From the human T2T-CHM13v2.0 reference genome, Homo sapiens: a stretch of DNA of 64,000 bases. A program made the position numbers and the translations under genes. This document shows positions 45,101 through 64,000 of this stretch, piece by piece. The stretch's first letter is position 1, and each line of letters begins with the position of its first letter. Under the pieces are notes generated by a model. The model saw nothing but the letters and a program-made list of their open reading frames with translations. It ran no database searches and was not told the origin of the DNA. The stretch lies in the NCBI RefSeq assembly GCF_009914755.1, contig NC_060947.1. The stretch is one strand, 5' to 3'.

Positions 45101-47328
45101 CCATTGTGGTCTGAGAGAGTGCTTAATGTAATTTCAATTTTCTTAAATTTATTGAGGCTTGCTTTATGGCCTATTACATGGTCTGTCTTAGGGAAAGTTC
45201 CAGGCACTGTTGAATAGAATGTATATTCTGCTGTTGTTGGGTGAAATGTTCTGTACACATCTGTTAAGCCCATTTATTCCAAGGTGTAGTTTAAATCTAT
45301 TGTTTCTTTGATGACTTTCTGTCTTGATGACCTGTCTAGTGCTGTTAGCAGAGTATTGAAGTTTCCTACTATTATTGTGTTGTTGTCTATTTCTTTTCTT
45401 AGATCTATTAGTAATTGTTTTATAAATTTGGGAGCTCCAGTATTAGGTGCATATATGTTTAGGGTTGTGATATTTTCCTGTTGGACAAGGCCTTTTACCA
45501 TTATATAATGTCCCTCTTTGTCTCTTTTAACTGCTGTTGCTTTAAGGTTTGTTTTTCCTGATATAAGAATAGTTATTCCTGCTAGCTTTTGGTGTCCATT
45601 TGTATGAAATGCCTTTTTTTCACCCCTTTACTTTAAGTTTATGTGAGTCCTTATGTGTTAGGTGAGTATCCTGAAAGCAGCAGACAGTTAGTTGGTGAGT
45701 TCTTATTAATCCTTCTGTTCTGTATCTTTTAAGTGGTGCATTTAAAACATTTACATTCAACATTAGTATTGAAATGTGAGGTACTGTTGCATTCATCATG
45801 CTCTTTGTTGCTTGAGTACTTTTTGTTGTTGTTGTTTTGATTTTGCTTTTTAACTTGTGCTAGTGTGATTTTGGGGAGGTGTTGAAGAGCCTTGCTTTGT
45901 CATATTACCAGGGCTGGTTTTCTGGTTTCTTCTCATTTGGGAAGCCTGTATCAGAGGGAAGGTCTAAGGCTGAAGGCTGTTGTTCAGATTCTTCTGTCCT
46001 ATGGGGTGTTCCCTTGATGTAATGCTCTCTCCTTTTCTTTCTGTGGATGTGGCTTCCTATGAGCCAAACTGCAATGATTGTTGTCTCCCTTGTGGGTCTA
46101 GCCACCCAGCAGGTCTACCCAACCCCAGGCTGGTACTAGGGATTGTCTGCATTGAGTCCTATAATGTGAACAATTTATTGGTTCCTCAGCCGTGGATAGC
46201 AGCAACTGTTCTGGTGGAGGTGGCAGAGGGTGCAATGGGCACCGTGAGGGTCCTTACCATTGGTCGTTTAATGCTCTACTTTTGTGCAGGTTGGCGTCCT
46301 GCCAGGAGGTGGCACTTTCCAGGAAGCATCAGCTGTAGTAGTGTGGAGAGGGACCAGTGGTAGGCAGGGCCCTAGAACTCCCAAGATTATATGCTCTTTG
46401 TCTTCCACTGCTAGGGTGGATAGGGAAGGACCATCAAGTGCGGGCAGGGCTAGGCGTGTCGGAGCTCAGACTCTCCTTGGGCGGGTCTCGCTGCAGCTGC
46501 TGTGGGGGATGGGAGTGAGAGTCCCAGGTCACTGGAGTTGTGTACCTAGGAGGATGATGGCTGCCTCTGCTGAGTCATGCAGGTTGTCAGGGGAGTGGGA
46601 GAAAGCAAGCAGTCGCAGGCTTCACCCAGTCCCCACACAACCTGAAAGGCCTGTCTCACACCATGCACCCCCACAACACCCCAGTCGCAGGGTGAGATGG
46701 GCTTGAGAAGTTGTCAAAGGCCATCTGCCTCCCAGCTGCAAAAGAAAAGGGCTTTAGTTCTTCCACCGCCTGTGAAGTCTGCACTACAGATTCACACGCT
46801 CTCCTGAGTTCTGGCCAGGAGGCTTCCTGCCCTGTTCAAATTGTTACAAAGTTCAGCTAGAGAATTCCTTCTCCCTGTGGAGTTTTAACCCCTGCTCCTC
46901 TGGCCACCCTCCCGATGGATCTCTGTGGTGCCAGGCAAGAATAGGTTGCTTGGAGACCCAGCAAGCTCCCAGGGCCTTTTTGATTCTTCTTCTGCTCTTG
47001 TATTTTGCTCAGCTCTCTAACTTGACTCAGCTCCAGGTAAAGTCAAAAACTTCTCCCGCAAACAGAACTTCAGCTTCTCCAGTGGGGGTGTGTGTTTAGG
47101 TGAGGAGGGTCTCCCTTTCTCACTTCCACTGTTGGGGCACTCACAGTATTTTGGGTATCTCCTGGGTCCTGTGGGAGCAGTCTGCTTTCTTTAGAGGGTC
47201 TGTGGGTCCTCTCATGATTCCCGGTTTGTTCTTGAGTCAATCTGGAGCTAAAATTTACAATGCAAGCCTCCACGTGCTGCTCTGACAGGAGCTGCAATCT
47301 AGTTCTGCCTCCCCTCCACTATGATCCT
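41741..47328 (-). mobile_element. L1PB element with 5'UTR and 3'UTR; most of ORF1 deleted near 45860
   Basis: L1PB 3'UTR with (CA)n, ORF2 pieces 42138-45501, L1PBa-type 5' end GGATCATAGTGGAGGGGAGGCAGAACTAGATTGCAGC. Confidence 0.85.
42101..42138. repeat. (CA)n/(TA)n microsatellite inside L1PB
   Basis: Direct reading. Confidence 0.9.
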
Positions 47329-47559
47329 CTAGTTCCCCAATTTGATGTTTTAAGTGAATGCTGAAATTTTAAATAAAAATTTCCCAAGTCTCAGAGGTTG
47401 CCTGGAAAGCTGACACTCACAGGACCACAGAGCAAATGCTGAGTTCAGCTTTAGAAAACAGTATTGACTCATTCTCTTTGAGTGCGTAGAATCCTTCTAT
47501 CTATCTCAAGCCTAGTCCAGAGACATTTTTTTTAAGATGGAGTCTCACGCTGTCGCCCA

Positions 47560-47864
<305 letters not shown>

Positions 47865-49098
47865 TAACTTCCTCTGACTCCTGAGTAGCCTCTCACATTG
47901 ACAAATTCAAAACTTCTCTGAACTAAGTTTTTCTCTAACCAACTGAACCCTCTGCTCTGATACCTGAGTCCTCAGACAGGTAATAAGAATATTGTCCCTT
48001 TTTGTGAAACTACTTTTGCATCAATAGTATCAATTGGAAAACTGTGTAAAGACCTCTGTGGGTACCATGGACAGTATTTAACATGGTGATTTCCAGGGAT
48101 AAATTCTTCACCTGCCTGTGTTCAGAAAAACTAATTGCAAAGGAGTACAATTCAGCGGTTTGAATTTCTATTTCTTAGGAAGTTCTCTACTCTCCCACTT
48201 CCTGTGAATGTACACACACTTTTACACATATTTGTGACTTTCTGTTTCAGGATTTCACCATCATAGCCATTTAAAAAATGATTTCCATCTCATCTGGTTT
48301 ATGCTATTTCCCCCAATGTAATATTCAGAATGTCAGGGAGTTCAACTGCACAGGAAACAGCAGCTGGATACAGATACAATATTGCATAATTTTGGCTGCT
48401 TTCTGTATTTCTTTTATCATTTTGTGCCCTAAGGATAATCTGCTGATTATTGGCTAGAGTAACTCTAACTCCTGCCAGATTGGCTAAGACTGACTACCTG
48501 TCACTGAAGCTTCAAGTCAAGTAAGACTTAACAGATCAGACATCTTAAGGTCATAGCACACCTGGATTCCTAAGGATTAGTAAGAAGGGTTGAGTGAGTT
48601 TTATTTTGCTCCAACAGTGTTAAGACCCGGTCTCTTAAACCTATTGTTTTTACATTTTTAACTTGCATTTTAAATGTAGCAGAAGGAAGAAAGATGATAG
48701 GCAAAAAGAGCCAGTTGTACAAATAAGAATGGTGAGAGCCTCATTCTAACTACTTCAACTCCAGAGGCTATTATAGTGCTTAACCTGTTGAAATCTATCA
48801 CAATGTCTGGAGAGAGATGTAGAAACATTTTCAATTTTGAGGATCTCAGATGTGCTATCAGGACCTTGGATACTGAATATAGACTGGCATATATAAGTCA
48901 CAAACTTTTTCTTTGACACTTTTCTCTGCAAGCAAATGATTATTGTGGTGAAAAGACTTAGAAAATAAAACATTATGGAGGATGGAATTTTAAAGTATTT
49001 TTAATTAAACATTTTCCCCTAAGAAAATGCTCTTTAAGAGTAGAAGGAAAACTGGAAGCTAGTGCAAATTCACATTTGAGTTTTGAAAGTGTTTGCCT

Positions 49099-49146
49099 GA
49101 AATTCTACAAGCCAGAAAAGACTGGGGGCCAATATTCAACATTCTT
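49099..49146 (+). mobile_element. 48-bp L1 ORF1 fragment
   Basis: GAAATTCTACAAGCCAGAAAAGACTGGGGGCCAATATTCAACATTCTT aligns to ORF1 (compare 51251-51298). Confidence 0.8.
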
Positions 49147-55672
<6,526 letters not shown>

Positions 55673-55801
55673 AAAAGTAAGTCACAGTACACAGGGCCAA
55701 ATAAAACCCATCTGATGAGAATTTATGGTTTGTAGGGCATGACTCCCTAGACCCCTTAGGTAGGAATTTGGGCAAGATAAATAATCAGAGCTTAGTTCTC
55801 A
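55673..55801 (-). mobile_element. MER4-group 3' LTR, only the first ~130 bp
   Basis: Minus strand starts TGAGAACTAAGCTCTGATTATTTATCTTGCCCAAATTCCTACCTAAGGGGTCT, like MER4D/E. Confidence 0.75.
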
Positions 55802-58797
55802 ATAGGCTCCTTTTACGTTGGCTTTGCTGGAACTTTACCTAAAAATATGCTGTTTCAGTCAAAGTCTTGGTAAAATAGTCAGTGTCTCCAATTGTTCAGT
55901 TCTAAAAGACTCTTACTAAACTTATGCAAATAACTATATTGTCATAAAATCACAATCTGAATTTTAGAGAACTCTGAGAAAAAAATTAATTTGCTTACAA
56001 TAACACACCACCCAAATGATCTAAACTACTTATTTAAATAACTTAAAAGAAGCAAATTTTTTACCCTTCTTTAACCATAGCAACAGGCTTCTGAACAACA
56101 GGTTTGTTCACCTTGAAATTGCCATTTACATGCCAAACAGCTCATGAGAGCTGTCTATCAGGCACTGTAAAATATAGCAGCTCCTCACATAGAATCAGTC
56201 CAAGGGAAAAAAGAGGCTCGCTTCTCAGGAGCATCTCCTTGTATCCCCAGGTAGTACGATCCTATGTAAACCATTTTTATTTTATCATGGAACTCTTTTG
56301 GACATCATTATTTCCATTAGCATAGGAATAGCTTCAGTGAACATTCCATAGCATGGCAGTAAATGCCCCTTAAGTGGAAATCATCCAGTCCAGTATTTGT
56401 TTTTGGGAAGAGCTCACTGTCTTTTGCCATAAACCCCAATAAATATTCCACAAAATGCTATAAAGTGGAGAATTTGTCCCAACTAGCATCCCAACTTCTG
56501 CCCTATATTTTGTGGGCTCAAACAATCTTACTAGTTCCCATTTAGTGTGTCCCACTAACATTTCTCAAAGAGCAGATTGACATGCCTTCAGTTTTATAGT
56601 ACTAAACAGAGGAAATATCCCCCAGTTAGATACAATACCCATTTTCATAAGACATTTAGTTAAAGGAGTCGCCACTACCTTATATAAAATCTATTTAAAT
56701 ATCTCAAATTTCATAATTCTATTAACCTGTGATTTTAATGTTCTGGTTCCAGGAACTTTTCCTTTCAACCCCCAGATCATGTTACCTTTCCTGGTGCAAA
56801 AGGGTTTGGATTCGCAGCAAGAGGAGCCCAGGGACTCAGGCTGTTTTGTCAATTTTTTTATTTTAATTTGTCACACCATTGCTCCAGGCAATGTCAGTTT
56901 CTCTTGATAACCTTTGCCTTCTGATTTTTTTAAAAATGTTTCAATTAGGAGCAGATAGTGAATAACAATCAAAAAAATTTCTATCATCCTTCTGGGGTGA
57001 GTCCTTTGACTCCTTTTTTCTTTCTATTTTTTTTCATTGTTAATTACCCCAATGTTCTTTAAGCATCTGTAAGACCCATGAGGGACAGCAAATTTTATAA
57101 GGCTTCTCAAACAGTCATGATTCTGTGGGAGAGGTACCCATGTAAAAGGGGCCCCCTTAAACCCCAAATTTACCATGACCTGGGTAATAGGCATACTTGA
57201 TGGGAGAATATCCCAGTCATCATAAAGCCATTCCCACATAACTTGCATATGAAGCATATCATTGCTTCATCTTGGGTGTTCCACTTGTTATTTTATAGAA
57301 AGAGTTGAACAGTCCTGTTTTCAGGGCAAACAGACCTTACAGTGGCATTTATATGATCCACTAGGCTGCTCTTTCAGGAAAAACCTTCTGTTCATTTGGA
57401 TCACATATACTTATTAGTGATTGTTCAATAGTGGGTCCTGCATTAACCCAAACAAGTTTTCATTTTTTAACATTTAAATTTAAGGATTTTGTCCCTGAAG
57501 TGGTTACTTTTACAATCCATTATAGTAAAGGTTTCTCAAGCAGCTGATGACACCAATCTACAAAATGGAACAATTCCTTTACATTATACCCTCTGGTTTT
57601 AATAGTTACTTGGTTTTGTCCTTGCCCAACAGTGACTATCTTTTTGGTAACCACGGGTCTCAGAGATAACTTTTGTTGCCCTGGCTTAACTTTAATTTTT
57701 ATCCATTTAGTTTTATTTGTATAATTTCTCTTTATTTTAAAGTGAATCTTAAATAGTCTCTGAACTAAGAAGAAATACTACATTTTCTGTAGCAAAAACC
57801 ACATCCTTGTTTTTTATAAACTTCACCCAAAACACCTTTTATGCTCCTAGTATTTTAACTCTTAGTAACCCAAATTCCCAGTGGAAAAAAAAACAGAGGT
57901 TACTTAACATGACTTTAAGATTTTAAACTATTAGAGAAAATTTGGATATTAAATTTACCAAATTAATATTACCAAACATTGCCAAAGTCATGTGAATTAA
58001 AAGGCATCTGAGCTAGCTTCTATCAGTCTGATAAGCCCTTACTTTTCTTTAAGTCAAATGATTAGAGCTGTTTCATATAGTTTAATAGTAAAAATTAATT
58101 CTGCATGACACATATAAACATAGAGATAAAACAGACATGCAGACAAAAGCACATTCAAAAGATTTTTAATCTGGTTGTTTTCAAAAATCTTCTCCTTTAC
58201 TTTAGATTATTAATAAATAAAATGTTACCCTGAAAGTTGAAGGAGAGAGTTACCATGCCAAGCCTTCCCAAAAGAGAGAAGGAGCCGAAGCAGCAGGGTA
58301 CAGCTTCTGAGATATCAATCTGAGTAATTTCAAAAGGAAACATTATAGAATTTAAAAATTAAAAACGTTTTGCATTAAGAGCAAGTTAATATTTTTAAAT
58401 AAAATCTTGTTTTAACCAATTCTTTAATTTTGTGTAAGTGTATTTTTAATACTAAAGTCCAATATTTAGAAAAACTATTTATTATAATTTTTAAAAATTA
58501 TAGCCAATTAATCACAGAACATTTTTATAAATTCTTTTTATACTAACTTTATTATGACTTAGACCATTCATGAAATGCTTGGACTTTCTAATTTGTTCTA
58601 AATATCCCTCTTTCTTGAACAACTCAGTCATTTTATTTTAGGACAAAAATTCACCATGTAAGTCTCTCATATAAATTACTTTTCTTGTAAGCTTTCTTAC
58701 CAAAAATACTTCTTTATTTCCATAACTTTCTTTACATCTTTTTTATTTCCTGGTTCCTCTTACCTTGTTTCATACAAAACCTTTAAATAAGCTTTTA

Positions 58798-60545
58798 TTT
58801 TTTTTAATGTATTTATTTATTTTTATTGATCATTCTTGGGTGTTTCTCGCAGAGGGGGATTTGGCAGGGTCATAGGACAACAGTGGAGGGAAGGTCAGTA
58901 GATAAACAAGTGAACAAAGGTCTCTGGTTTTCCTAGGCAGAGGACCCTGCGGCCTTCCGCAGTGTTTGTGTCCCTGGGTACTTGAGATTAGGGAGTGGTG
59001 ATGACTCTTAACGAGCATGCTGCCTCCAAGCATCTGTTTACCAAAGCACATCTTGCACCGCCCTTAATCCATTTAACCCTGAGTGGGCACAGCACATGTT
59101 TCAGAGAGCACAGGGTTGGGGGCAAGGTCATAGATCGACAGCATCCCAAGGCAAAAGAATTTTTCTTAGTACAGAACAAAATGAAGTCTCCCATGTCTAC
59201 CTCTTTCTACACAGACACAGCAACAATCTGATTTCTCTATCTTTTCCCCACCTTTCCCCCTTTTCTATTCCACAAAACTGCCGTCATCATCATGGCCCAT
59301 TCTCAATGAGCTGTTGGTTACACCTCCCAGATGGGGTGGTGGCCGGGCAGAGGGGCTCCTCACTTCCCAGAAGGGGCGGGCGGGCAGAGGCGCAACCCAC
59401 CTCCCAGACGGGTCGGCTGGCCGGGCGGAGGCTGACCCCCCACCTCCCTCCCGGACGGGGAGGCTGGCCGGGCAGGGGCTGACCCCCCACCTCCCTCCTG
59501 GGTGGGGTGGCTGGCCGGGTGGGGGCTGGCCCCCCACCTCCCTCCTGGATGGGGTGGCTGGCCAGGTGGGGGCTGGCCCCCCACCTCCCTCCCAGACGGG
59601 GCGGCTGGCCGGGCGGGGGCTGCCCCCCACCTCCCTCCCAGACGGGGTGGCTGCCAGACGGGGTGGTTGCCAGGCGGAGACACTCCTCACTTCTCAGATG
59701 GGGCAGCTGCCGGGCAGAGGGGCTCCTCACTTCTCAGATGGGGCAGCTGCCGGGAGGAGGGGCTCCTCACTTCTCAGATGGGGCGGCTGGGCAGAGACGC
59801 TCCTCATCTCCCAGACGGGGTGGCGGTCGGGCAGAGACACTCCTCAGTTCCCACACAGGGTCGCCGCCTGTCAGAGGCACTCCTCACATCCCAGACGGGG
59901 CAGCGGTGCAGAGGCACTCCCCACATCTCAGACGATCGGCAGCTGGGCAGAGACGCTCCTCACTTCCTAGATTGGAAGGCGGCCGGGAAGAGGCGCTCCT
60001 CACTTCCCAGACTGGGCAGCCGGGCAGAGGGGCTCCTCACATCCCAGACGATGGGCGGCCGGGCAGAGATGCTTCTCACTTCCCAGACAGGGTGGCGGCC
60101 AGGCAGAGACTGAAATCTCGGCACTTTGGGAGGCCAAGGCAGGTGGCTGGGAGGTGGAGATTGTAGCGAGCCGAGTTCACGCCACTGCACTCCAGCCTGG
60201 ACAACATTGAGCACTGAGTGAACGAGACTCCGTCTGCAATCCCGGCACCTCGGGAGGCCGAGGCTGGAGGATCACTCACGGTTAGGAGCTGGAGACCAGC
60301 CCGGCCAACACAGCAAAACCCCATCTCCACCAAAAAAACACGAAAACCAGTCAGGCGTGGCGGCGCGCGCCTGCAATCACAGGCACTTGGCAGGCTGAGG
60401 CAGGAGAATCAGGCAGGGAGGTTGCAGTGAGCAGAGATGGCGGCAGTACTGTCCAGCTTCGGCTCAGCATCAGAGGGATACTGTGGAAAGAGAGGGAGAG
60501 GGAGACCGTGGGGAGAGGAGGGAGAGGGAGAGGGAGAGGGAGAGC
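58798..60545 (-). mobile_element. Full-length SVA retrotransposon
   Basis: (CCCTCT)n at 60490-60545, Alu-like region about 60110-60480, GC-rich VNTR about 59320-60110, SINE-R about 58826-59320, A-rich tail. Perfect 14-bp TSD taaataagctttta at 58784-58797 and 60546-60559. Confidence 0.97.
59320..60110. repeat. SVA VNTR (35-50 bp GC-rich units)
   Basis: Repeats of GGCTCCTCACTTCCCAGACGGGG and CCCCCCACCTCCCTCCCGGACGGGG. Confidence 0.93.
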
Positions 60546-63217
60546 TAAATAAGCTTTTAATTAGACAAAAAATATTCATCTTTTAACAAGAACACACATT
60601 ATGTTAGAATGTTTTTCTACAATATATTTTTTTAATTGTAAATTACCCAGATATTTAGTGAAATACCTATTATTTAATTTAACTTTAGATTCTAGATTAT
60701 AATGCTTATCCCATTAGATATAAATCTAATGGGACAAGTACTTATCCCATTAGATTTACCTAATTATTTTATTTCAATAGTTTACCTAAATTATTTATAA
60801 AAACTGTGATAACCATTATTTAAATTTCTTTTCCTGTCAATCATTTTATAGCCTATGAATTTCAGGTGTCTACCTAAGTAAGAGCCTTAACATTAAATAT
60901 ATTATTATTTTGCCAAATAATTCAAGATTTAGCTATTTTCATTAAATTAATATTAATCTCTTATTTATCAAACATTACACAAGCAAAGAACATTCTGTTT
61001 TGGGCTGGGCTTATAGTTTAATAACACTTATGCCAAATTTGACACCTTATAGTATTTGGCAGGGATAAGTATAAAATCTCTTGATCAATAAATGTAAACA
61101 AAAATGTATGCTATTAATAAAAATTCTTAAGACATTTTTAATATTACTTTACCAATAATTTTAAAGCTAGATTATTGGAGATTTTACTTAAGTAATGTGA
61201 ACTTGAAAAGCATTTAAGCTTATTATTTAATTTATGAGTACTCTCTGTTTAAGCCAAATTTGGTATCTTGTTGCCAAAAGCACGTAAGAAAATGCATGTA
61301 TATGCACATAAACACACAAATACACACTCATACAAAGATTCTATAGCTTTACTTTAGGATTATGGCCATGAGATTTTAATAAAAACTCATTGGTTTGCAA
61401 AAACAATAACAAAAAGAAATGGATGCAAACAGTGGATTTTATCTCAGTAGAAAAGGAACAACAGACTTAGAGTAGACAGAAAAAAAATGCAGAAAGATAG
61501 AGAACTTATGAACTTAATAGTGGGAGGTCAACCTTTGGGCTCTGAATTTTCCTTGATGTAATTGTGCACTAAAAGACCATAATATGTCCATTTTACACAA
61601 ACACTTGCAAGTAGAAGTGCCATAAAACCAACATAGTATCTGAAAGATCATTCTCCTTGTTCTTTTTTTTTGTTGTTAGAAGATTATTTGTGGCCTAGAG
61701 TTTAGTGGAGTGGGTTGACGTGTGCTGTCTGTGGGTGGGACTCCACACTGTTTCACCATTGAGTCATTTCTACCCTCTTATGTGTCTCAGTTTCTCTCTC
61801 CAAAGATCTAGCACCTCCAAGAGGGCTCAAGGCACAGAATGACCAGCTCCTATACGTGCTTCCTGGAAGAGCCTTTTTAAACGAATTTTGTTGGGGGTTT
61901 CCTGTAGGGTCACTGCAAGTCATGGGGAGTCAACACCCAGACACACCCACTTGGCCTTCATTCACCCAGAGATGCCTTTAGGCTGGGAGGAGCAAAATGT
62001 CTTTTCTCTTTGGAGAAAACTCAGTCTTTTCTTTATCCACAAAAATGACAGTTCGGTTCCTCACACAAATGCTCAGACAAGTGAATCAATATTAATTTCA
62101 GGAGAGAAGGCAATGGAGAAGACTCCTTAGAATGCACCGTTATATTAAAATTGGGATCCTAAACAACAACTTCCTAGGAGGAAAAGAAAAGGAAAAAAAC
62201 CAGCTAAGACTACTTCCTGTAAATTGTCCTCAGCCACCCCTAACTTTGTAGCAATTTTCTGCCATTACACATGCCAAGGACAAATCCTCTCACAGTACAA
62301 GGTAATATCTGGTACCCCCAAAAGCCAAAGATGTCAGGTAACACAATACAGGAAAGCAGCCGTTTAGCTCTAAGAAGAATCTGCCCATGACTCTTGAAAC
62401 TCCACAGAGAAAACAAAGCACCCCAAAAAGAGGTGACTGACACCTTTGTTCCTAGTTCTTTAAGAGGTTCAATTCAGTAGAAGCCTTCTCTAGAATTTTC
62501 TTGGTACCAAAGATGGCAAAAGAGAAAGGAGAAATAAGGTGGAACCAAAGAAAACAAACAAAAATCTTTAAGACAGGAAGCAAACACAGAAAGTACATGA
62601 TTTTGTTTTGTGTTGTTTTGTTTCTTTTGCAGCTGTGAGAAATTTTAGCCAAATTCAGAGGCTTGTACCGCATAATTTGGAATCCTCATTCAGATTTGAC
62701 CAAGTCAGGTAGAGTTGGTGAAATCTGATGGAAGAAAGACCAGAATAAACAATGACAAAATAATGCAAAAATATGATTACTGAGTGTTCCAATAATAAGG
62801 AGAAATTAAGACAAGCTGGTTGTTAATCGTAACTTTAGCCAAGACAAAACCCTAATTCAGCTACTTACCTAGGAATGGGTCTAGACTGAAGACTGTTCTC
62901 TACCATTTTCAAAGCAGGAAAAAACTCAAGCTTACCTTCCTTATTGGAAGCAAACTCAAACCCCAGAAAGGAGTTACTTGTCTTCTATGTCATAAAAGCA
63001 GAAAAACTTCCCTTTCTTGTTGAAAGCAAGTAAAACTCCAGAAAATGAGTTGCACAGCAAAATAAACTTTGGATCTGAACCAAATTTTGGAAGATCAGGG
63101 ATTCCCTGGAGGAAGCAAAGCTCCCAGGCCTCAGCAAATTGTTCTATTGGTTTGAGCCATAAAGATAGCTCAAGCTGGTACCAAGCACTGATAGGGAATT
63201 TGTTAAAGGTCAGGGCC

Positions 63218-63508
63218 GGCCAGGCACAGTGGCTCTCGCCTGTAATCCCAGCACTTTGGGAGGCCAAGGTGGGCAGATCACGAGGTCAGGAGATCGAGAC
63301 CATCCTGGCTAACATGGTGAAACCCTGTCTCTTCTGAAAATACAAAAAATTAGCCAGGCATGGCGGGGTCACCTGTAGTCCCAGCTACTCAAGAGGCAGA
63401 GGCAGGAGAATGATGTGAACCCAAGAGGCAGCGCTTGCAGTGAGCCAAGTTCACGCCACTGCACTCCAGCCTAGGTGACAGAGCGAGACTCCATCTCAAA
63501 AAAAAAAA
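63218..63508 (+). mobile_element. AluY-like
   Basis: GAGATCGAGACCATCCTGGCTAAC diagnostic. TSD aaaggtcaggg at 63205-63215 and 63509-63519. Confidence 0.93.
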
Positions 63509-63557
63509 AAAGGTCAGGGTGATCTCCACTCAGTGTCCTTCCATTGGTCACCAATTT

Positions 63558-64000
63558 GTGAACCTAAAATATCTGAGGCAGATCTCAGTCAATTTAGAAA
63601 GTTTATTGTGCCAAGGTTAAGAATGCACCCATGACACAGCCTCAGGAGGTCCTGATGACATGTGCCCAAGGTGGTCAGGGTACAGCTTGCTTTTATACAT
63701 TTTAGGGAGACAATACATGTAAGATTTACATTGGTTCAATCTGGAGAGGTAGGACAAGCTGAAGTGAGGAGTCGGGTGAGGGGGTGGGGATATCAGGTCA
63801 TATGTAGATTTAAACTTGTCCTGATTGGCAATTGGTTGAAAGAGTTATCAATAAAAATGAATGGGTTATGATAAAGGGTTGTAAAATACTAGGATTTGTC
63901 ATGGAGAAGAAGCCTCAAGTGGTAGGCTTTAGAGAGAATAGACTGTAAATGTTTCTTATCAGACTTAAGGTCTGTGTCGATGTTAATGCTGGAGGGGTAT
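63558..64000 (-). mobile_element. MER4-group 5' LTR (continues beyond the window)
   Basis: Minus strand ends AATAAACTTTCTAAATTGACTGAGATCTGCCTCAGATATTTTAGGTTCACA. Confidence 0.8.

Larger units (their letters stand above)
55802..63557 (-). mobile_element. MER4-group ERV internal region, non-coding and degenerate
   Basis: Lies between two MER4-type LTR ends, with a PBS-like TGGTGACC after the 5' LTR. Weak gag/pol-like peptides at 57024-57257 and 56370-56561. Confidence 0.7.

Noticed and set aside
47964-48115. Resemblance of translated peptides to hemopexin or ion-channel pore motifs
   Set aside because: Only a few residues match and stops interrupt the frames, so no gene name can be supported.
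59096-60430. Dense overlapping Pro/Gly/Arg-rich ORFs and a CRISPR-like repeat appearance
   Set aside because: This is the SVA VNTR and Alu-like region. High GC suppresses stops, and there are no unique spacers or cas genes.
61888-63337. Short ORFs near the ERV leader
   Set aside because: No recognisable domains. They lie in degenerate MER4-group internal sequence or run into the Alu.

Overview
This is great-ape (human-like) genomic DNA made almost entirely of retroelements, roughly three quarters of it LINE-1. I could not identify a host gene, RNA gene or CRISPR-like system. The window holds: a + strand L1PA fused directly to a HERV-K(HML-8) env remnant, whose MER11 LTR is split by a full-length L1; an older L1PA carrying an Alu and a second full-length L1; two inverted L1PB copies; a stack of three L1 3' ends; a third full-length L1; old L2/MIR/L1M debris; a head-to-head L1 fusion with both tails facing outward; and a MER4-group provirus holding a full-length SVA and an AluY. 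All L1 ORFs are broken, and almost every ORF in the track is an L1 fragment or a shadow frame. The most interesting signal is a patchwork of non-consensus variants shared by neighbouring L1 copies of different ages in mutually incompatible pairings, which suggests extensive local gene conversion. Subfamily names and 'consensus' bases are from recall and need a Dfam/RepeatMasker check. I found no convincing new biological system beyond this.
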